Source: Mobula hypostoma
Taxonomy: Eukaryota
Direction: 5' to 3'
Assembly: GCF_963921235.1 (NCBI RefSeq)
Contig: NC_086097.1
Span: 160,396,001 to 160,460,000 of the forward strand
DNA: 64,000 nucleotides
The position numbers and the translations under genes were made by a program. Below, one piece after another: positions 38,266 to 50,674 of this stretch. Below the pieces are notes generated by a model. The model did no database searches. It was not told the DNA's origin and saw only the letters and a program-made list of their open reading frames with translations. Position 1 is the stretch's first letter. Each line of letters opens with the position of its first letter.

Positions 38266-39760
38266 ACAACAGGAATTCTGCAGATGCTGGAAATTCAAGC
38301 AACACACATCAAAGTTGCTGGTGAACGCAGCAGGCCAGGCAGCATCTCTAGGAAGAGGTACAGTCGACATTTCAGGCCGAGACCCTTTGTCAGGACTAAC
38401 TGAAGGAAAAGTTAGTAAGAGATTTGAAAGTGGGAGGGGGAGGGGGAGATCCAAAATGATAGGAGAAGACAGGAAGGGGAGGGATGGAGCCAAGAGCTGG
38501 ACAGGTGATTGGCAAGTGGGATACGAGAGGATCATGGGACAGGAGGTCCGGGAAGAAAGACAAGGGGGGGGAATCCAGAGGATGGGCAAGGGGTATAGTC
38601 AGAGGGACAGAGGAGAGTGAGAGAAAGAATGTGTGTATAAAAATAAATAACAGATGGGGTACGAGGGGGAGGTGGGGCATTAGCGTAAGTTAGAGAAGTC
38701 GATGTTCATGCCATCAGGTTGGAGGCTACCCAGATGGAATATAAGGTGTTGTTCCTCCAACCTGAGTGTGGCTTCATCTTTACAGTAGAGGAGGCCGTGG
38801 ATAGACATGTCAGAATGGGAATGGGATGTGGAATTAAAATGTGTGGCCACTGGGAGATCCTGCTTTCTCTGGCGGACAGAGTGTAGATGTTCAGCAAAGT
38901 GGTCTCCCAGTCTGCGTCGGGTCTCGCCAATATATAGTAGGCCACATCGGGAGCACCGGACGCAGTATATCACCCCAGTTGACTCACAGGTGAAGTGTCG
39001 CCTCACCTGGAAGGACTGTTTGGGGCCCTGAATGGTGGTAAGGGAGGAAGTGTAAGGGCATGTGTAGCACTTGTTCTGCTTACAAGGATAAGTGCCAGGA
39101 GGGAGATCAGTGGGGAGGGATGGGGGGGACGAATGGACAAGGGAGTTGCGTAGGGAGCGATCCCTGCGGAAAGCAGAGAGAGGTGGGGAGGGAAAGATGT
39201 GCTTAGTGGTGGGATCCCGTTGGAGGTGGAGGAAGTTACGGAGAATAATATGTTGGACCCGGAGGCTGGTGGGGTGGTAGGTGAGGACCAGGGGAACCCT
39301 ATTCCTAGTGGGGTGGCGGGAGGATGGAGTAAGAGCGGATGTACGTGAAATGGAGGAGATGCGTTTGAGAGCAGAGTTGATAGTGGAGGAAAGGAAGCCC
39401 CTTTCTTTAAAAAAGGAGGACATCTCCCTTGTCCTAGAATGAAAAGCCTCATCCTGAGAGCAGATGCGGTGGAGACGGAGGAATTGCGAGAAGGGGATGG
39501 CAGTTTTGCAAGAGACAGGGTGAGAAGAGGAATAGTCCAGATAGCTGTGAGAGTCAGTAGGCTTATAGTAGACATCAGTGGATAAGCTGTCTACAGAGAC
39601 AGAGACAGAAAGATCTAGAAAGGGGAGGGAGGTGACGGAAATGGACCAGGTAAACTTGAGGGCAGGGTGAAAGTTGGAGGCAAAGTTAATAAAGTCAACG
39701 AGCTCAGCATGCGTGCAGGAAGCAGCGCAAATGCAGTCATTGATGTAGTGAAGGAAAAGT
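38266..39760 (-). mobile_element. Penelope-like element (partial RT, thumb, GIY-YIG endonuclease, pLTR), 5'-truncated
   Basis: Stop-free frame ~39759-38680: LFLHYINDCI..FHPALKFTW..LPFLD..YYKPTDSHSYL..; C-x2-C; GVIYCVRCSRCGLLYIGET..HF..EEQHLI..GMN; TSD ACTAAAATGTTG (38254-38265) / ACTAAATGTTG (39763-39773). Confidence 0.96.
38362..38397 (-). ncRNA. Minimal type-I hammerhead ribozyme motif in pLTR (CpG-type changes)
   Basis: Minus strand: AGTC-CTGACAA-AGGGTCTCGGCCT-GAA-ATGT-C-GACT. Confidence 0.7.
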
Positions 39761-39762
39761 GA

Positions 39763-40236
39763 ACTAAATGTTGCCTGGGTTTCATCTCCTAAGTTACAGA
39801 GAAAGGTTGAACAAGTTAGGTCTTTATTCTTTGGAGCATAGAATGTTGAGGGGGAACTTGATAGAGCTGTTTAAAATTATGAGGGGGATTGATAGAGTTG
39901 ACGTGGTTAGACTTTTTCCATTGAGAGTGGGGAAGATTCAAACAAGAGGGCATGGGTTGAGAATTAGAGGACAAAAGTTTAGGGGTAACATGAGGGGGAA
40001 CTTCTTTACTCAGAGAGTGGTAGCTGTGTGGAATGAGCTTCCAGCAGAAGTGGTTGAGGCAGGTTTGATGTTGTCATTTAAAGTTAAATTGGATAAATAT
40101 ATGGACAGGAAAGGAATGGAGGGTTATGGGCTGAGTGCAGGTCGGTGGGAATAGGATAGGGTAAGAGTTCGGCACGGACTAGAAGGGCCGAGATGGCCTG
40201 TTTCCATGCTGTAATTGTTATATGGTTATATGGTTA
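39763..40236 (+). mobile_element. CR1 3' end (its first ~30 bp lie at 38235-38265, split by the PLE)
   Basis: ORF 39768-40154 LSYRERLNKLGLYSLE..TRGHG..NFFTQRVVAVWNELP; (GTTATATG)n tail. Confidence 0.92.
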
Positions 40237-40271
40237 CATTGGGAAGATTTTCTTCATGTCCCACTACATGG

Positions 40272-41137
40272 TGTGACGAGAATACACATAGATTAAGATG
40301 TTAGCTGTCCTGTGCTGGCACCAGTGGGATCAGCAGTTGGTCTGCCACCTGTCTTCAGGAGAGAGAGAGATAAGGAAAACAATGGAGCAGCATTTGGAGA
40401 TGTTAATGAAGGGACGGGAGAGAGTAAAGGAAGGAGAGCTGTCAAGATCGGCTTCCCCTTTGAACCCTGAACTGTTTGAAGTGATGGACAGGCGATACCC
40501 CAGCAGGGGGATAAAAAGGGACAGGTTCGCTAAGGCAAGAGACACACAACACCCCGAGGTAACGAGACCCTGGAAGCGGTGCGTCTCCCACAAGTCGGTG
40601 GGAAGTTTTGGAAGGCTGTCGCGGGACCGGGCCATAGACGCACAGGGTGGAAAGGCACGATCGGCGGGAACCTGGTGTGTGTCCACCCTTGCCTGGGTGC
40701 TTGGTTCACTGCAGAGAAACAATCGTATCTGGAAACGGAGGGGTCACGGTCGGTGACCTCAGATGACATCACAAAGGGCTAGCCCGAAAGCTGACTGCGA
40801 AGGTCCGTGTGGAAGCCTTGAATATTCATTCATTTTGCTCTCTCTCTCCTTCCCCCCACTGTCTCCGAACTGAACTGAACTAAATTTAACTGAACTTTGC
40901 GTCACTTTGAAACTGGTCATTTACCCCTAGACAACGATAGAGCTTGATTGATCCTGTTATCTTAATTCTGTGTACATGTGTGTTTATCATTGCTGAACTG
41001 TTGCATTTATTATCCTTTTGATTAGAGTACTGTGTTGCTTGTTTCTTTAATAAAACTTCCTTAGTTCTAGTAATCCAGACTCCAACTGAGTGATCCATTT
41101 CTGCTGGTTTGGCAACCCAGTTACGGGGTACGTAACA
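40272..41137 (+). mobile_element. Solo LTR (866 bp) with 4-bp TSD
   Basis: TGTGACG...CGTAACA termini; ATGG on both flanks; GATAAAA near 40510; AATAAA near 41049; CpG-rich, so probably young. Confidence 0.9.
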
Positions 41138-41144
41138 ATGGACT

Positions 41145-41430
41145 GAGATTCAGATTCAGAACCAGATTTATCATTGCATAAGAACTGAAATGTGTTGTTC
41201 TGCAGTAACAGTACAGTGCAAAGTCATAAAAATCTGACGTTGAGTAAAAGGTTGTTGTTGTGACGCCACTCAGCCACCTCCTGTAAACTTCCTCATTGCC
41301 ATATGAGACTGTTGGTTATTGGTGAATTCATAGATGGCATTTGACCTGTGCTTAGTCACACTGTGACGAGTATTGAGAGAGTAGAGCAGTGGGCTATGCA
41401 CTCATCCATGGGATGTGCCTGTGTTGATCT
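41145..41430 (-). mobile_element. Rex1-type LINE fragments
   Basis: AGATTCAGATTCAGA tail, GAAATGTGTTGTTCTGCAG, GTAGAGCAGTGGGCT. Confidence 0.65.
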
Positions 41431-41854
41431 GTGATTGCTCTCTGGTACCAACTCTTAAAGTTTTCCTCTTGTCCTGTATGAATGTTGAAGAGCTGCATGT
41501 TGCAAAGATATTCCTTGGTGTGGAATTTGCCAGTTGTGGTGAAGAAGAATCCTATCTTGATGCTGGAAGCTCTTGTCTTCTTTAATGAAGTATCATTGTT
41601 AGATGAAACCATGGACTATTTTCTTCTCTGGACTTACCTTTAGGCGACTCCAGCCTCACACATTTTTACATATTCTCTGTGATGGACAGTTCAGTTCAGG
41701 AGCATATTGCCAAGGAATAACATTAGGCAGAACTGGTTCAACCAGCAGAACAACATCTATATTTTTGCTGCTTATGCTATATTCAAACATTGTTTTTCAT
41801 CTGAAAAGTGAAATTCACTTAAACTTTCCTTGAGCTATTCTACTGCATCTATGT

Positions 41855-42790
41855 AACCCACACAAAATGCTGGAGGAACTCAGCAGGTCAAGCAGTATCG
41901 ATGGAAGGGAATACAGAGGCAACATTTGGGCCAAGACCCTTCCGGTACAGGAAAGGAATAGGCCAAAATAAGAAGGTTTGGGGACGGGGCAGTACAAGGA
42001 GGCAAGTGATAGGTGAGAGCAGCTGAGGAGGGAAGGTGAGTGGATGGGGGAAGGGGAACCACAGACACTGCCTGACTTACTGAGTTCCTTCAGCACTTTG
42101 TGTATGTTGCTCAAGATTTCTTGCAACTGCAGAACCTCTTGTGCTATTGTATCTTATGCTGTCAATATGCTTTCCTCTAAATGCTTCGGGCACAATACCA
42201 CATTTTCCATCTCAGCATGTTGGAGCTCTTTAGACTCTACGTCAAATTCAGGTAACTCAAAGTTTTCCATTTTTATCTGAACTGGATAGTTCTACAGCAA
42301 TATTAGCTTAGTTTTTTTCTCTCTCTGCTGACACTGTTTGATGTGCTGAGCATTTTCTACTGCACTTGACAGTTTTATTCTTTTATTTTCTTTCCCTCTC
42401 ACTCTCAAACTGCCCTCATTGATCTACTAATCAGATACCTTCATGAACAATTTAGTACCTCATAATCTAGACTTCTCCCTATCAGATATTTCCTTTGTTT
42501 TATCCTCCAGTCTGTCTGCAATGTAAAACAAATTTATGTTGGTTTCAACTTGAAATTTTAACCCTGTTTCTCTTTCAACAGGTGTTGTTTCTTTTATTGA
42601 GTACCTCAAGCATTTTCTGATTTTACTTTTGTTATATATTTTAGCTTCATATTAAAGTAAGGGGTAATCTAAATTTTAAATGTGTAGCAAAAAAACAAAC
42701 TCCTGGAGGAACTAAGCAGGTCAAGCAGCATCTGTAGAGGGAGAGAAACTGATGACTGTTTGGGTCGAGACCACGCATCAGGAGCTCACT
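41855..42790. mobile_element. Cluster of Penelope-derived hairpin/pLTR fragments
   Basis: CACACAAAATGCTGGAGGAACTCAGCAGGTC / CTGAGTTCCTTCAGCACTTTGTGT inverted arms; further copies near 42330, 42580 and 42700-42785 (degenerate hammerhead on minus strand). Confidence 0.7.
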
Positions 42791-43049
42791 AAATGTACAG
42801 CATTATTTAGTCATTGATTTTTTTTAAACCTTAATTTACGACGATGCTAAAGTTTCAGTGCAAGTGAAGAAAAACAAGTTCAGATATAAAAAATAATGAA
42901 ATCATACATTAGGAAATCATCAGTACATCCTAAACCATTTCAGATGGCACTTCTTGACTCACTTGGTAATTGTAATGCATTTCCTCCCCTGTCAACATGC
43001 AGTTGACTGATTCTCAACTGTTGCTGTATAGCTGCTCGAGATGCTGTAG

Positions 43050-43400
43050 GTCATGAATATGCAGGGTTGTAGACTCCACCAGCTCCATCCTCCCCACTAC
43101 TGAGGACATCTTCAAAAGGCAGTGCCTCAAGAAGGCAGCATCCATCATTAAATATCCTTGCCAAGTGAGTCATGGTCTCTTCTCATATCTACCATCATTG
43201 AGGAGGTACAAGGAACCTAAAGACTCACACTCAGCATTTTAGAACAGTTTCTTCCTTTCTCTGCCATCAGATTTCTGAACCTCACTATTTCTCCAATGCA
43301 CTATTTTCATTGTAACTTACAGCAATTCTTCTGCCTTGCACTGTACTGCTGTCAAAAAACAATAAATCAGATGGCAGAAGTCGGTGAGAATAAACCTGAT
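43050..43400 (+). mobile_element. Rex1-type 3' end
   Basis: GGACATCTTCAAAAGGCAGTGCCTCAAGAAGGCAGCATCCATCATTAA; AATAAACCTGATT tail. Confidence 0.8.
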
Positions 43401-44084
43401 TGTACGGAAAAATCTAACATTTCCTGTTTTTAATCATTGTCCAATATACATACGTGGAAGTTCACAGGACTGAGTTCGGCTGTGACGCCACATACAGTCA
43501 AATCATTTCTGCCATTGAAGTATTCCAGAGAGGTCAGTCTAAAGCCAACTTCTAAGCAAGGATACTGCTCATTGAACTAGACTGACAACAGAGTTCTCAT
43601 TTTCAATCAATGTGAAAATTGTTTATATGAATGGTTTTCTTTATCAGGTATAACATTTGAGATATTTATCACGTCTAATATTGTTTTAAAATGAATTATT
43701 TCTTTGGTAAAGCTGATGTTTCATTAATGTCTCACTAACACAAAGATTTACAGATTAAATGCTTTGGTTTAGATTGGTGTTTGGAGACCGCAAGATGAAA
43801 TATACTTGCTGAAATGTCAGATATTTTAATAAATTACTTTGTGATTGTTGGAATTTATTTTCATACACAGCCAAACCATGATTAGACAAGGCCATTCTGT
43901 GAAAATTATATTTTTGACATCAACAAAGCACTGTACATGTTTTATTTACAACCAATTAAAATGATATAAGGTTTCATTTTAGTGCTACTTATATGAAGCA
44001 GTCATTCTTGCTAGGGACAAATATTTTAAAAAATAAAGACATATGATTGATAATCAATCAGAAGTCAAACAGTCAGTACCCAGG

Positions 44085-44590
44085 TGGTGCTTAGTGAAGG
44101 AAAGGACATTAATGACTTCTAAGGCAATTCAAAGAAGGTTTACTAGCTTTATGCCTGGAATGGGCAGGTGGGCTTATAAAGGAAGTTGGACAGGCCTGGC
44201 TAGAATTCACTAAAAGTTAGAGGAATAAGAGGGGACTTGATGGAACGATATAAGATCTTGGGGAGAGCTAACAGAAAGGATACGCAGAGGATAATTTCTT
44301 ACATGGGAAACAGGAGAACTAGAAGCCAATCTTTTAAAGGTAAGAGCTCCCCTATTTAAAGATGAGGCAAAATGCTCCTTTTCAGAAGACTCCCTTCTTC
44401 AAAGGGCTGTGGAAGCAGAGTTCTTGAATATTTTTATAACCAATTCTTGATGAACAAGGAGGTGAAAACCTACCAGGGGCAGACAGGAATGGGGAGATGA
44501 GGTTATAATCAAATCAGCCATGATCATTCTGGATGGCAAAGCAGGCTTGGGGAGTGGGGTGGCCTACTCCTATTCCTCATTCATATGTTC
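44085..44590 (+). mobile_element. Old CR1 3' fragment
   Basis: GAAGGTTTACTAG..GAATAAGAGGGGACTTGAT..TCAGCCATGATC..GGCCTACTCCTATTCC. Confidence 0.75.
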
Positions 44591-45305
44591 ACACGTAACA
44601 CTTAGCCCCGCTGCATGAGTCGGAAGAATTTGGATGAGATGAGTTATACAGGTGGAAGATGCAAGGTGGAGCAGTGGGGCATTGCAATTGGAACTGGAGT
44701 TCGTTCATTTATGTCACACATACTGAGGTACAATGAAAAGCTTATCTTGCATTCTGTTCACATAAATGAAATCATTATATGTAGTACAAGGTAAACAATA
44801 ACAAGATCCAGAATAAAGTATAACCACTAGGCAATAATTTGCAAGTTCTAAGGAGGTAAATTGTGCATTTAAAATCCGTCTAGTGTGCTAGGAAACCATT
44901 CATTAGCAGGGTAGAAGCTGCCCTTGACTCTGGTGGACCAGGCTTTCAGGTATTTGTATCCTCTGCCCAAAGGGAGAAGAGGTCTGGAGTAAATGAGATC
45001 TTTGATTATGCTGGTTGCCTTACTGTGTCAGTGATAAGCATAGATAGAGAAAACATTAGTCCTTAAAGTAGCATAGGGTTGCCTGCTGGACTTGCGGAAA
45101 ACCTTGCAGAGCCATGAACATCAGTGCTCTTTCATCTGATTGTGGTCCTCATTTAGGAAGAAGCTGACTGTGAGATACACAACATGTTCCTCTTTGGGTG
45201 CCTGGAAGGATGAGAGTGGTAATGAATTTCAATGTAGTTGACCTTTGGATCTAGAAGGTGAGAATTCTACCAAAGAGATGGCAAAGATCAGTGACATCCC
45301 AACTT

Positions 45306-45600
45306 GACGCCACGATAGCGTAGTGGTCAGTGCGATGTTATTACAACTTGGGACATTGGAGTTCGCAGTTCAATTCCGCCTCCATCTGTAAGGAGCTTGT
45401 ACATTCTCCTTGTGTCCGCGTATGTTGTCTCCAGGTGTTCTGGTTTCCTCCCACAGTCCAAAAATGTACCGGTTAATAGGCTAATTGGTCATTGTAAATT
45501 GTCCTGTGATTGAGCAAGAGTTACATAGGTGGGTTGCTGGGTGGCATGGCTCATTGGGCCAGAAGTGCCTGTTCCGTGCTGTATCTTTAAATAAATAAAT
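45306..45600 (+). mobile_element. Full-length V-SINE (HE1-like)
   Basis: tRNA-like A/B boxes (TAGCGTAGTGG; GTTCAATTCC), V-domain GGTTTCCTCCCACAGTCCAAA..CTAATTGG, CR1-like tail GGGCCAGAAGTGCCTGTTCCGTGCTGTATCT(AAAT)n. Confidence 0.88.
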
Positions 45601-45814
45601 GAAATTAATAAAGACTCCTGAATAGCTGCTCTTCCAGCAAGATAAGAAATATGAGCATCAGTGTGCAAGTCCTGTGAAGAGTGGGAATAGAAATGGGAAG
45701 GTGTGGCCTCATCAGGCATGGAGATGGGTCTCCCATTCCCTGTACAACTATCTGTTCAGTTTAGAGAGGTCTGATAAGTTCATTGAATAATAACTGTGTC
45801 AAATGAAAATAGAG

Positions 45815-45817
45815 TTC

Positions 45818-45865
<48 letters not shown>

Positions 45866-45884
45866 CCTCCCTCCCTCCCTCTCC
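45815..45884. repeat. (CT)n microsatellite
   Basis: Direct observation. Confidence 0.95.
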
Positions 45885-46729
45885 ATCTTTCTCCAACAGC
45901 ATCATGATTATAACCTTGCAACCCACAAAAACAGTCATGAATCTATTCCTTTGTAAGCAACAACAGCATTACAAACATATACAACTGCAATGATTGTACA
46001 AATCACCTTTTGATGCTTTTATGTGACAGAAACAGGCACTTTATTTTAACATGTAGACTGAAACAAGATAAAGTCCTTACCAGCCCAAAACACACTGCAA
46101 CAAGGCCTTTATTCTCTAAGTCATAGAGCTGATTCCTTGACAGGCAATGGCTGTAAAGAAAAATGCCTGGAACCTAAGACCTGTTTGGGGAAGTTTAAAA
46201 GCAACACTAGATCAACATTTCCAGTAACCTAATTCAAGACCGATGGATTAAAGGCAAGAGATATGTTAACGTCAGAATTTAAGATATACCAAGTGTCAAT
46301 TTACTCTATTTACACAAGTAGAGAATCATCAAGGGAGGATGGAATAGATTCATTTGTGGATCTTACAGCTACCTGTATTTGAGCCTGTACTTTAATCTAT
46401 AAACTTTGATCTAAACTGGCACTCCTCCTTGGCTTATGCCTCCTATAGGGTAAGTACACCCAGTTAGCCTTCAGCCCGGTAATTAAATGGGCTTTCTTGC
46501 ACTGAAGGTCAAACTATTTTGCAATTTCACTATGGGTTACTTTGCTAGCTAGCTGTGTTGAAACAATAGTGTTCATTGAATCAGAAGATTCTGGGGCTCT
46601 GAAGAAAAATGATTACAATTGCTATTTCACAATCACTGCAAATCTGGCAACCTCTTTATAGTTATGCTCTATAATAGTTTTTCAAAAGCAGCATTTTCTT
46701 AAGTGCTCACAAATTACTGCCCTATCAGC

Positions 46730-47105
46730 AGAATCATAGAGTCAGACAGCATGGAACAAGTTCCCTCGGCCCAAGTGGTCCATTGGCGCTTATGCCATGT
46801 ATCTGCAATTAGCCCATACCCCTCTTAAACTTGCCTCCGGCAGCTCATTCCAATTATAGATCACTGTCTTGCTGAAGATGTTGCCCTTCAGATTCCTATT
46901 AAGTATCTCCCCTCCCACCTGAAAGCTTAGTTCTTGATTTCTCAACCTTGGGGAAAAGACTGTGTGTAATCTCGCAGTGACCGTCATGATTTTATACACC
47001 CCTGTAAGATCAGCCATATTTTGTTATGCTTCAGTGAATAAAGTCCTAGTCTGCTCAGCCTCTCTAAAATTCAGTCTCTTGAGTCCTAGCCACATTCTCA
47101 TTAAC
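46730..47105 (-). mobile_element. CR1 3' fragment
   Basis: ORF 46790-47017 DLTGVYKIM..NIFSKTVIYNWNELP. Confidence 0.8.
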
Positions 47106-47619
47106 CCAAGAGTATCTTGTATTTTCAATGGGGTCATTGCTGCAGATAACTGCTGAGATCTAACCACAGAAACAGAGGAGGCTACTGAGAAAGAGGAAAG
47201 AAAAACAGCATCAACCAGGTCAAAAGACAGCCAGCTTATCAACCCCATCCATGCTAGACATTTTAGTAAATGGTTTCTGCTTTGTGAGCCATCTACAAAA
47301 ATAAACTCTAGTTAAATCCCTGGGTTACCCTGTCAACACTCACACGTGGTTATTTGAGTTACAGTCATTTTACTGTCAACTTGAACCAGTCTACCCATTC
47401 TCCTTGTGCCCTCTCTCATTAACAAGGCATTTTCACCTATAGAATTGCTACTCACTGGATGTTATTTTGTTTCTCACACCATTCTCTGTAAACTCTAGAG
47501 ACTGGTGTGCATAAAAATCCGAGAGATCAGCAGTCTCGGAGATAGTCAAACCACCCCATTTGGCACCAGCAATCATTCTATGGTTAAAGTCACTTAGATC
47601 AAAGATTTTTCCCATTCTC

Positions 47620-48572
47620 AGAATCAGAAGCACCTTAATGCCAGTAGGTGAAACATATCAAAATTGATTGGCAGTTCAGTGCCAAGCATAAAACGCAGGG
47701 CAATGCCATAACAGAAACACAATAGCAATCAGCAATAAACAAGACAATAATGCAAATAGCCATCAGAAATCAGCAATCAGCAGAACAGTATTATGTGCAA
47801 TGAATAATCAAACTTAAATAAATGCGGAGAAATAAATAAATAAACATAAATAAACAAGGAGAGCAGGAAAGATTACTTAACGAATGTTGTGCAAGGACAG
47901 TTAGAGTATTACACTTGGGTGAGTTTTGTTGAACAGCCGGATAGCTACAGAAAAGAAACTTCAAAGATGATGTGTAGTCCTTACGGTGATAGAATTGTAG
48001 CATCTCCCTGATGGTAAGTTGGTGAATAGGTGACTGCTAGGGTGGGTGGAATCAGCAGTAGTTCAATTCTGAAGAAGGGTCTTGGCCTGAAACATCAACT
48101 GTTCATCTCCATGGATGTCGCCTGACCTGCTGAGTTCCTCCAGCATTTTCTGTGTGTTGCTTTTGATTTCCAGCATCTGCAGAATTTCTTGTTAGCAATT
48201 TTATCAGTTATTTTCTTCACTCTGGCGATGAACAGGTCTTTTACTGTTGGTAGCTGGCAGCCAATGATCTTTTCCATTGAATGGACCACCGGCTACAACC
48301 TGGACTTGGAGAGGGAGAAGGCAATGGGAAACCAAATGGTGATAGGGGTGGTCACAAAACTCTCAACGGTTGAGTAAAAATTTATCAGGGTTTCCTAAGC
48401 TGGCGTAGGAAGAACAATCTCTACTGTGCTTTTCTTGTGATGAGTGTAACACAGTTCAATGTATTGGTAACGGTAGTCTCCAGGAATTGGAATGACTCAA
48501 CCACAGACACAGTCTGACCATTAATTTGCAAGGGGGGGGGGAAGCAGGTAGGGGGTTGTCAACAGAAGCCAA
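47620..48572 (-). mobile_element. Rex1-type LINE 3' fragment nested in Tc1, itself carrying a PLE pLTR piece (48063-48192)
   Basis: TCAGAATCAGAA tail; SVVESFQFLE, QIVLP..FYSTVE motifs on minus strand. Confidence 0.7.
48064..48101 (+). ncRNA. Minimal hammerhead motif with intact CUGANGA/GAAA core
   Basis: CAATT-CTGAAGA-AGGGTCTTGGCCT-GAA-ACAT-C-AACTG. Confidence 0.65.
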
Positions 48573-49827
48573 TCCTCTGATGTTTGGTCTGAACAACAAC
48601 TGAGCCTCTTGACCATGTCTGCATGCTTTTATGCATTGAGTGCCGCCACATGATCGGGCTGTTTAGATATTTGTATTAATGAGCAAGTTTACAGGTGTAC
48701 CTAATAAAGTTGCCACTGTCTGTATGTGTGAGTGGGTGAGTTGGTGGGAGGCTGGGAAAGGGGCAAGGGGCTTGTCTTGCTGTTGCTTTGTTTTGAACAT
48801 TGTGGGTTTATTATGTTGGCACTGGAATGTGTGGCAATACTTGCAGGCTGCTCCCAGTATATCCTTGAGTTGTGTTGGCTGCTTATGCAAATGACACATT
48901 TCACTGTATGTTTCAATGTACGTGTGATAAATAAATGAACCCGAATCTGAATCTCTGATGGTTGTCATGAGAAGAGGCCACATTTTGGACAGTGAGGGTC
49001 TTTCATGATGGATGTCATCTTGAGCCACCTCCTTTTGATGATGTCCTCAATGACAGAGACAACACATCTGGGAATAACTCCTAGAGCTCTCTGTGCCCTC
49101 CAGCCTTTCCCAGGGGAGGTAAGGATGGTCAAGGAATGGATAAGCAAGCATAGTATTGTGTGTAGGCCCTCCGCAGAAGAATTGCAATGATTCAGGAAAA
49201 TGTCTTAACACCATCTTTTCAGGGGCATCGGGGGATGGGTAGTAGATGCTGGCCTTGCCTAGTACATGGATTTTTTTTAAAATCTGAACTTATTCAAAGG
49301 CCCTAGCTGGAATGAGAAAAAAGAGCAGGTCACAATAATTCAGAAGGAGCTCAGCTATTATAACTCCTGCCCAACAGATGCAGAACTAGGCTCCGTTCTG
49401 ATACCCAGTGCTGCCTGTGTGGAGTTTTCAAGTACTCTTGAGAACTCATCAGGCTAGGTAGCATCTATGGAAAAGAGTAAACAGTAAACTGGCCTGCTGA
49501 GTTCCTCCAGCATTTAGTGTGTGTTGCTCGGATTTGATAAAGGTAGCTTTGGGAAAGTGGCAGAGCAAAACCATGATTAATGATATTCAGGAATGGAGTT
49601 GTGAGGAAAACAAGCAAGGATCTGGGAGTCAACAAATTGTTCAAGGAACGTGGAACAGAATGTGAAATGGAGGCAGACAAGGAGACAAACTTGAGGCAGA
49701 GGACAAGGTACTAATAACATATCTGTAAGTGAGTGAATCATTACCAAAAGATATGAAACTGTTTGCAAACTCAGCCAGCATGGATTGTAGATAAGGAAGC
49801 TTATTGGTGAGATATTCCATGGGAAGC

Positions 49828-50410
49828 AGAACATAGAAGGTAGAACAGAGAACAGTGCATGAAAGGACCTTCAGATCATGGTATTTGAGTTGACCATGAT
49901 GCCAAATTAAATTAAATCTATCTCTCCACAAATAACCTATATCCCTCTATTCTTTGCATATCCGTGTGCCTGCTGAAATGCCTCTTAAATGACATGGTCC
50001 TATTTGTTCCCACCATTTCCCCTGGCAGTATCTCAGGCACCCGTCACTCCCTGCTCAAAAAACTTAATCCTACTCATCTTCTTCAATCTTTCCCCCCTCA
50101 CCTCTAACCTTTGTTATTTCTTTACTGGGAAAGAGAGATTCTACCTAACTTATTTAACTATGCCTCTCATAATTTTATAAACATCTATTAGATCTCTCCT
50201 TAGCCTCTGGTAGTCCAGAGAAAGAAATCCAAGTTTGTCCAACTTTCATTATAGTTAATACTCTTTAATCAGACTATATCATGGTGAAACTCTTCTGCAC
50301 CCTCTCTAAAGCTTCCAGACCCTTCCTATAATGGGACAACCAGAACTGCACACAGTATTCCAAATGTGGCCTAACTAAAGTTTTAGAGACCTGCAATATG
50401 ATCTCCTACT
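49828..50410 (-). mobile_element. CR1 3' fragment
   Basis: GAACATAGAAGGTAGAACAG tail; CCAGAACTGCACACAGTATTCCAAATGTGGCCTAAC. Confidence 0.82.
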
Positions 50411-50674
50411 CTTACTCAATGAAATTTAAATGTGAAAGTCATGAGAAAGCAGTTTAACCATGTCTGTAGATCAGGTGGTTGCCCTATCAGCAAATCTGAC
50501 CAACCTGCCATCTTACTGTTCACCTTCATTCATTAATCATATGAAAACAGTTCCTTTACTTGCTTGTGTCTGGCAACACATTCACACCAACGCTGTTAAC
50601 TTTTGTTAGAATCTGCAGGTGTAAAGAAGCGTTAAAATGGGTGAGATTAATATGCATTATGCAACAGAAGATAT

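Larger units (their letters stand above)
47340..48724 (-). mobile_element. Tc1/mariner DNA transposon remnant (5' TIR plus transposase N-terminus), interrupted at 47620-48575
   Basis: MGKIFDLSDFNHRMIAGAKWGGLTISETADL (Tc1 paired-like HTH start); TIR-like AGGTGTACCTAATAAAGTTGCCACTG..TGTA at 48693-48724. Confidence 0.85.

Noticed and set aside
39003..39575. 190-aa Pro/Ser-rich ORF
   Set aside because: Alternative frame of the Penelope ORF
40298..40756. 152-aa ORF
   Set aside because: Lies within a solo LTR; no known motif
45306..45380. tRNA gene
   Set aside because: A/B boxes belong to a SINE head; no complete cloverleaf
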